A DNA stretch of 64,000 nt, from NCBI GenBank assembly GCA_028534125.1, contig CM052816.1, forward strand, positions 8,868,001 through 8,932,000, in the 5' to 3' direction. The translations under genes were made by a program, and so were the position numbers. Below, piece after piece: positions 59,342 through 64,000 of the stretch. Under the pieces are notes generated by a model, which had not been told where the DNA came from, ran no database searches, and worked only from the letters and a program-made list of their open reading frames with translations. Position 1 is the stretch's first letter. Every line of letters begins with the position of its first letter. Source of the stretch: Lama glama. Lineage: Eukaryota.

Positions 59342-61090
59342 ATCCTAGAGCACAGAGTCCTTTAAAAAGACTGGAGTGTGTCAAGACCATGATGTCATCA
59401 ATGTCTCCCTGTCCCAAAGCAGTATCCTGGGACTTGGTTTGCCTTAGAGTCGAAGACCGGCTCCATTACAGTAGTAATATTGTCCTCCTTTGCAACTTTG
59501 CATAATAATAAGAGCTAACGTGTGTTGAACAATTACTGTGAACTTTGCTAAGCTCTTTCCCATTTATTGTCTTATTTAAATCTCATCTCATGTATTTTAT
59601 TATCTCCATTATATGGAGGATGCAGCTAAGGCTCAGAGAGGTTAAATAACTTCCATAGGGCCACACAGCCAGCAGAGCCTCAACTGAATCTGATTCCCTC
59701 ACTCTATACTTTAAACCATGGCACAAGATCACTTTGCAGTATTTGATAGGATCCTACCAAATTTTGAGATTGGTCTGATGATCACACCCATTTTTTAGAT
59801 GAAGAAACTAAGGCTCAGAGAAGATAACTAGCTTGAAGTTACACAGAGAAGCAGAAGAGCCAAGACTTCCTCCAGTCTCTTGACTCCCAGCTCCATGTGC
59901 TTCTCCCTACCAGGGCCCTGCTGAGGAAACGGTGAGGCTCTGACCTGCAGCTACAGGGTCTAGATATATAAGAGGGGCTATAAAATCGTGCATAAGAGAA
60001 TCAGTCCTGGAGCCAGATTTCCTGGGTTCACATTCAGGCGCCATCATTAGCTGTGGGACCTTTGGCAAGTTACTTAACCCATGACTCAGTTTGCCCCTCT
60101 GTAAAAGGGAGAAATAACAGCAGCTACCTCAGAGGGTCGCCGTGAGGATTAATTATGACATGTGTGAAAACTGCCTTGCCTTGAACAGAGAAAATCTCAC
60201 CCCAGGTCAGCTCTGAGTACTGTCACTATGGTACCTGCCATGCTGACTTGTGCTGTGAGATCTGAGTGTACCTCAGCAGGCGTGAGGCTCAGGGAATTGT
60301 GGGCTGTACCATGAATCTCCACTTCCTTAGTGTCTAGTCTGGGGCCTGCTCAGAGTGGGTGTGCTGTGTGTGTTGGATGAAAGAGGGATGGAGAGATGAG
60401 CACAAGAGAACTTTCTAAGAATAGAAATCTTATGTACAGAGAGTGGCACTTGTTGGAAACCTGTGATGTTGCAGACTCTCTGTGCATCTCCTCAAATGTG
60501 TTGGAAATGAGCTCAAGGCCCATACTGACAGCTGCCGCCTCATGGGCTCTCTCACCTCAGGGTCCTGAGGTAGGGGCTTCCCACGCCGTGTCTCATTTCA
60601 TCCCCATAGCACGTATGTGAGTAGGTCTTCCTGGGATATGTATTTTCCAGGAGGTGACTCTGAGGCTGAGGGAAGCTGTGGGACGGTCGCCCAACTTGAA
60701 AGAGGAGGTGCTGGGCTGATCTCAAGTTTGTGTGATTCCTGGAGCCACTGTGTTGTCAAACTCCAGGCCTCACCCCAGAGCCTAAGTGGAAGAGGCCTGG
60801 AGGCCCTGCTGCTCCCAGGGCCAGAGCCCCTGCAATGCCATTGGGTGAGGGCTCTAGGGGGGTACAGCTCTCTCTTTGAAGCAGGGAATCGTTTACAGTC
60901 ATTTTAGCCAAGTTTTAGCTGTTTTGAAAGAAATCTTTTCGAATGGAATCACAAACCTCTCTGGCACCAGCAGACACACCAAAAGTCAGTTAACTCAATT
61001 CCAAAATGTGTCCTGATTTACTCTAATTATGTGCCAGGCTGGCCACTTGGGTGAATTAGAAAATGAGTAAGATATTGTTCCACTGTCACC

Positions 61091-61143
61091 CTCTCTCTCT
61101 CTCTCTCTCTCATGTGCATACACACACACACACCCCCCACACT
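61091..61143. repeat. Compound (CT)n/(CA)n microsatellite
   Basis: About (CT)10 followed by an interrupted (CA)n tract. Confidence 0.85.
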
Positions 61144-61316
61144 CATAATTACTCACCAGGGAGGCCGTGGTAAGTGCTACAAGGAAGGCCCCACAGGGTA
61201 ACCGTGGGAGCTTTCTTGTGGCCTGCAGCCATGGTTCATATTTGAGCATCCATGACGCGGCTGTGCTATGCAGGAGTGTCAAGGCTTCAGGGTGCAGTGG
61301 CTGTTTACCTCCCTAC

Positions 61317-61679
61317 CAGTGGTTCTGAAACTTTCTGGCCTCAGGACTCTTTTACACTTTTATTGAGGACCCCCAAGAACTTTTGTTTTATGTGGGTTAT
61401 AGCTAGCTAATTGACTTTTTTAGCGCTTAAAACTGAGAAAAACTTAAAACACAAGAATACTCAGGCACACATCCCATTAACCTTCAGAGCTACCACATCA
61501 TCACATGTCACATAACCTCTGGAAAACTCCTCTGTACGCCCATAAGGGAATGAGAGTGAAGAGGGCATATAAGGTCTTAGTACTGTATAAAAGTATATTT
61601 GACCTTGTGGACCACCTGAAAGCATCCTGGGGACCCCGAAGGCATCTCCATCCCAGACATACCTTTCTGAGAATTGCTG
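61317..61679. mobile_element. hAT-Charlie-type non-autonomous DNA transposon
   Basis: Imperfect terminal inverted repeats CAGTGGTTCTGAAA ... TTTCTGAGAATTGCTG. Confidence 0.65.
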
Positions 61680-64000
61680 TCCTTCAATAAATGACCTCAG
61701 ATTGCTAAACTGTTTGTATATCTTAAGTCAATCTGTCTGTCTGTCTCTCCCACCCTATCTCCCTGACCGCCTTCCTTTCTGTCTCTCTTTCTTTAGACTG
61801 TGAGGTTCCAAGAATTTCTTCTTGCTGCTATCAGCTAGTGCCCTGTGTGGCAACATTCTGGCTTCTAAAAACTCTCCTGCTTCTACAGTAAGAAAAATAA
61901 GGTTCTGAGTGAGTTCTCTGCATTTAAAAACATGAGTTTTAGTACCCAAGCTTTCTTTATAACACTTTTTCTGTTTTTGTTTTTCCTGGTCCTTAATGGG
62001 ATTCCTAACATGGGACCTTGATTTCTAAGTGTTTTCCTTTCAACTGCGTTGTAATCATAAAAGTCCAAACAGACAAAGGAGGGAGCTGAGTGAGTCTGGG
62101 AGAAGCACATGGGAAGTGAGGAGCTGCCTAGTCCTGGTAGCTTTGTTTCTGTAGCCTGGAAGCAACTGGCAGGCAGCAGGTGGTCTAAAGCATGAGCCCT
62201 GGGGGGAAAGTTCAGCTTGCAGCATTAAGGGGCAAGAACCCTTCCTTGACCTGAGCAGTTACCATTGTGCGGGGCAGTTAACGCACATCATCTCATTTAG
62301 TCCTCACAAACTGCACGAGTATTTCTGTCTGTGTGCTACGAGGGACGGAAGCTCAGATAAGTGAGGTCACCCAGCCAGTAAGTGGTGAGGCCAGGCCGTC
62401 TGACTTCAAAGGTTGCACCCCTGTACCTGAGTCCTCCATCAGAGGACTTGGGCTCAGAGCAAGGGGGGCCAGACTGGGGCAGGGAAGAGGTGAACCCCCT
62501 TATTGTAGGGCTGGAATCCTGCTCGGTGGGTCTTTCTCCACTGGGCCTGTTGAACATTACAGCCCTAACTGAAGATTACAGAAAAGAAAAACAAGTGACT
62601 CAAAGCACATAGCTGACTTAACAGCAGGATGCTATCCCAGGAAGAAACTTACACATCATGGTTGCAGGAAAGCTTTCAGCCAGCCCTTAGCTCTTCAAAG
62701 ACAATCCAAGACTCTGCCCAAAATCTCACTTTCAGGTGTGATGAATATACATGTGTCTTTGATGGCTTCTTCGTCTTTAACTCCAGAGAATTCAAACCAC
62801 AGGGATTTAACCCATCAAATAATTTAATTTGGGGAGAAATCATATGCATATAATGGTATAATGCTTATGACAAATGGTCATACCCTCTCCCAGGGGGTTT
62901 GCTGGAAAAGCAGATTCCTGGACCTCCTTTCTGGAGAATCTGATTCAGTAGGCCTTGTACTGGGACCCAGGAATCTGCATTTTAACAAGTACTCCAGTGA
63001 TTTCAAGGTTCAACCTCTGAAAAATACTCCACCAGAAGACATACTAGAGGCATGTCTGTGAACATAAAAAATGTGAGAAGACCTCCCTCACACATTAAAA
63101 TATTATCATTAGATATCCCCTTCTGAAATAACTGAGAGTCAAGGTGGGACTGAGAGCCCCTACAGCAGGTTGTAACTAGCTGGAATGTGGAGTCTTGTTT
63201 AGAAGAGCACAGTGATTAAGGGCTTTGGGGCGAGACCCATGCGAATTGGAATTCTTGTGCTGCCACTTCTGAGCTGTACAAAGATGGGCACGTTAGAGAG
63301 CTCTGGCCTTGGTTTTCTCATCTGTCAAGTGAGAATAATAGGATCCCAACCTCCTAGGCTGGGAGAACTAGGTAAGGTCATGCTTGCAAAGCACTTTGTT
63401 TGGTGCTTTGCCTGGAGCCAGCAGTCATCAAGGAGGCCATATTATTATTGTTGCTATTTCCTAATATTCCCCAGAACTAGTATTGATCAGATAGTATTTA
63501 GCAACAGATTTGCTATAGTTTTTTTTAAATAAGCTCTGTGAGGACCTGTTTCAATTTGTGTCTCATAGTAGATGCCCAATGAGAATTTATTCAGTAAACA
63601 CAGTAGTGATTGACCTTGTCTACCCTCTGAATTTAAAGATGTCAGAAATGAAGGTCTAAGAGGTTATTTGACTTAGCTATGGTCATACAACTAATTGAAG
63701 CCAGTGTTAAATTTACACAAAGCTTGATGCTTAGATGAGTCATAGAAGACTGGCTGAGAGCACAGGCTGGGCGTACCCAATCTGGGCCCCGCTCCCAGCT
63801 CTGCCATTTTCCACAGTGGGGAGTATCTTGACTTCCCTGAGCATCCAGTTCTTCATCTGCTAAGGAGGGGTAAAGCAGTAGCTGCTGAGCATGGTCACTG
63901 TGGAGATGAAATGAAGAGATGCATATAGTGCTCAGTGTACTTGGCAGTATTCTCTTCATGGGACCTCCCAGCAGATTCAGGTGCAGTGCTGGGCACAAGG

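Overview
Mammalian genomic DNA, probably camelid, judged from two tRNA-derived SINEs resembling vic-1. It carries the conserved head-to-tail cluster AFAP1L1 -> GRPEL2 -> PCYOX1L, all on the minus strand. AFAP1L1 exons 2-19 lie at 58611..24239 (exon 1 is beyond the right end), GRPEL2 is complete (4 exons, 225 aa, 19922..12572), and PCYOX1L exons 1-3 lie at 7350..1587 (the rest is beyond the left end). I traced every exon by hand; all have GT-AG ends and consistent phases. The rest is introns, UTRs, two CpG-island promoters and interspersed repeats (L1, MIR, MaLR LTRs, hAT elements, SINEs). Most ORFs in the track are spurious. I see no demonstrably new gene or system. Best leads: a frame-compatible GRPEL2 exon 3 -> PCYOX1L exon 2 read-through splice that would swap a signal peptide for a mitochondrial presequence; Gly in place of the GRPEL2 redox-switch Cys87; a perfect palindrome with 27-bp arms just before AFAP1L1 exon 2; and a SINE-head/L1-tail chimera inside one target-site duplication (TSD). 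Human sequence comparisons and repeat family names are from memory and need checking; repeat boundaries are approximate unless a TSD is given.
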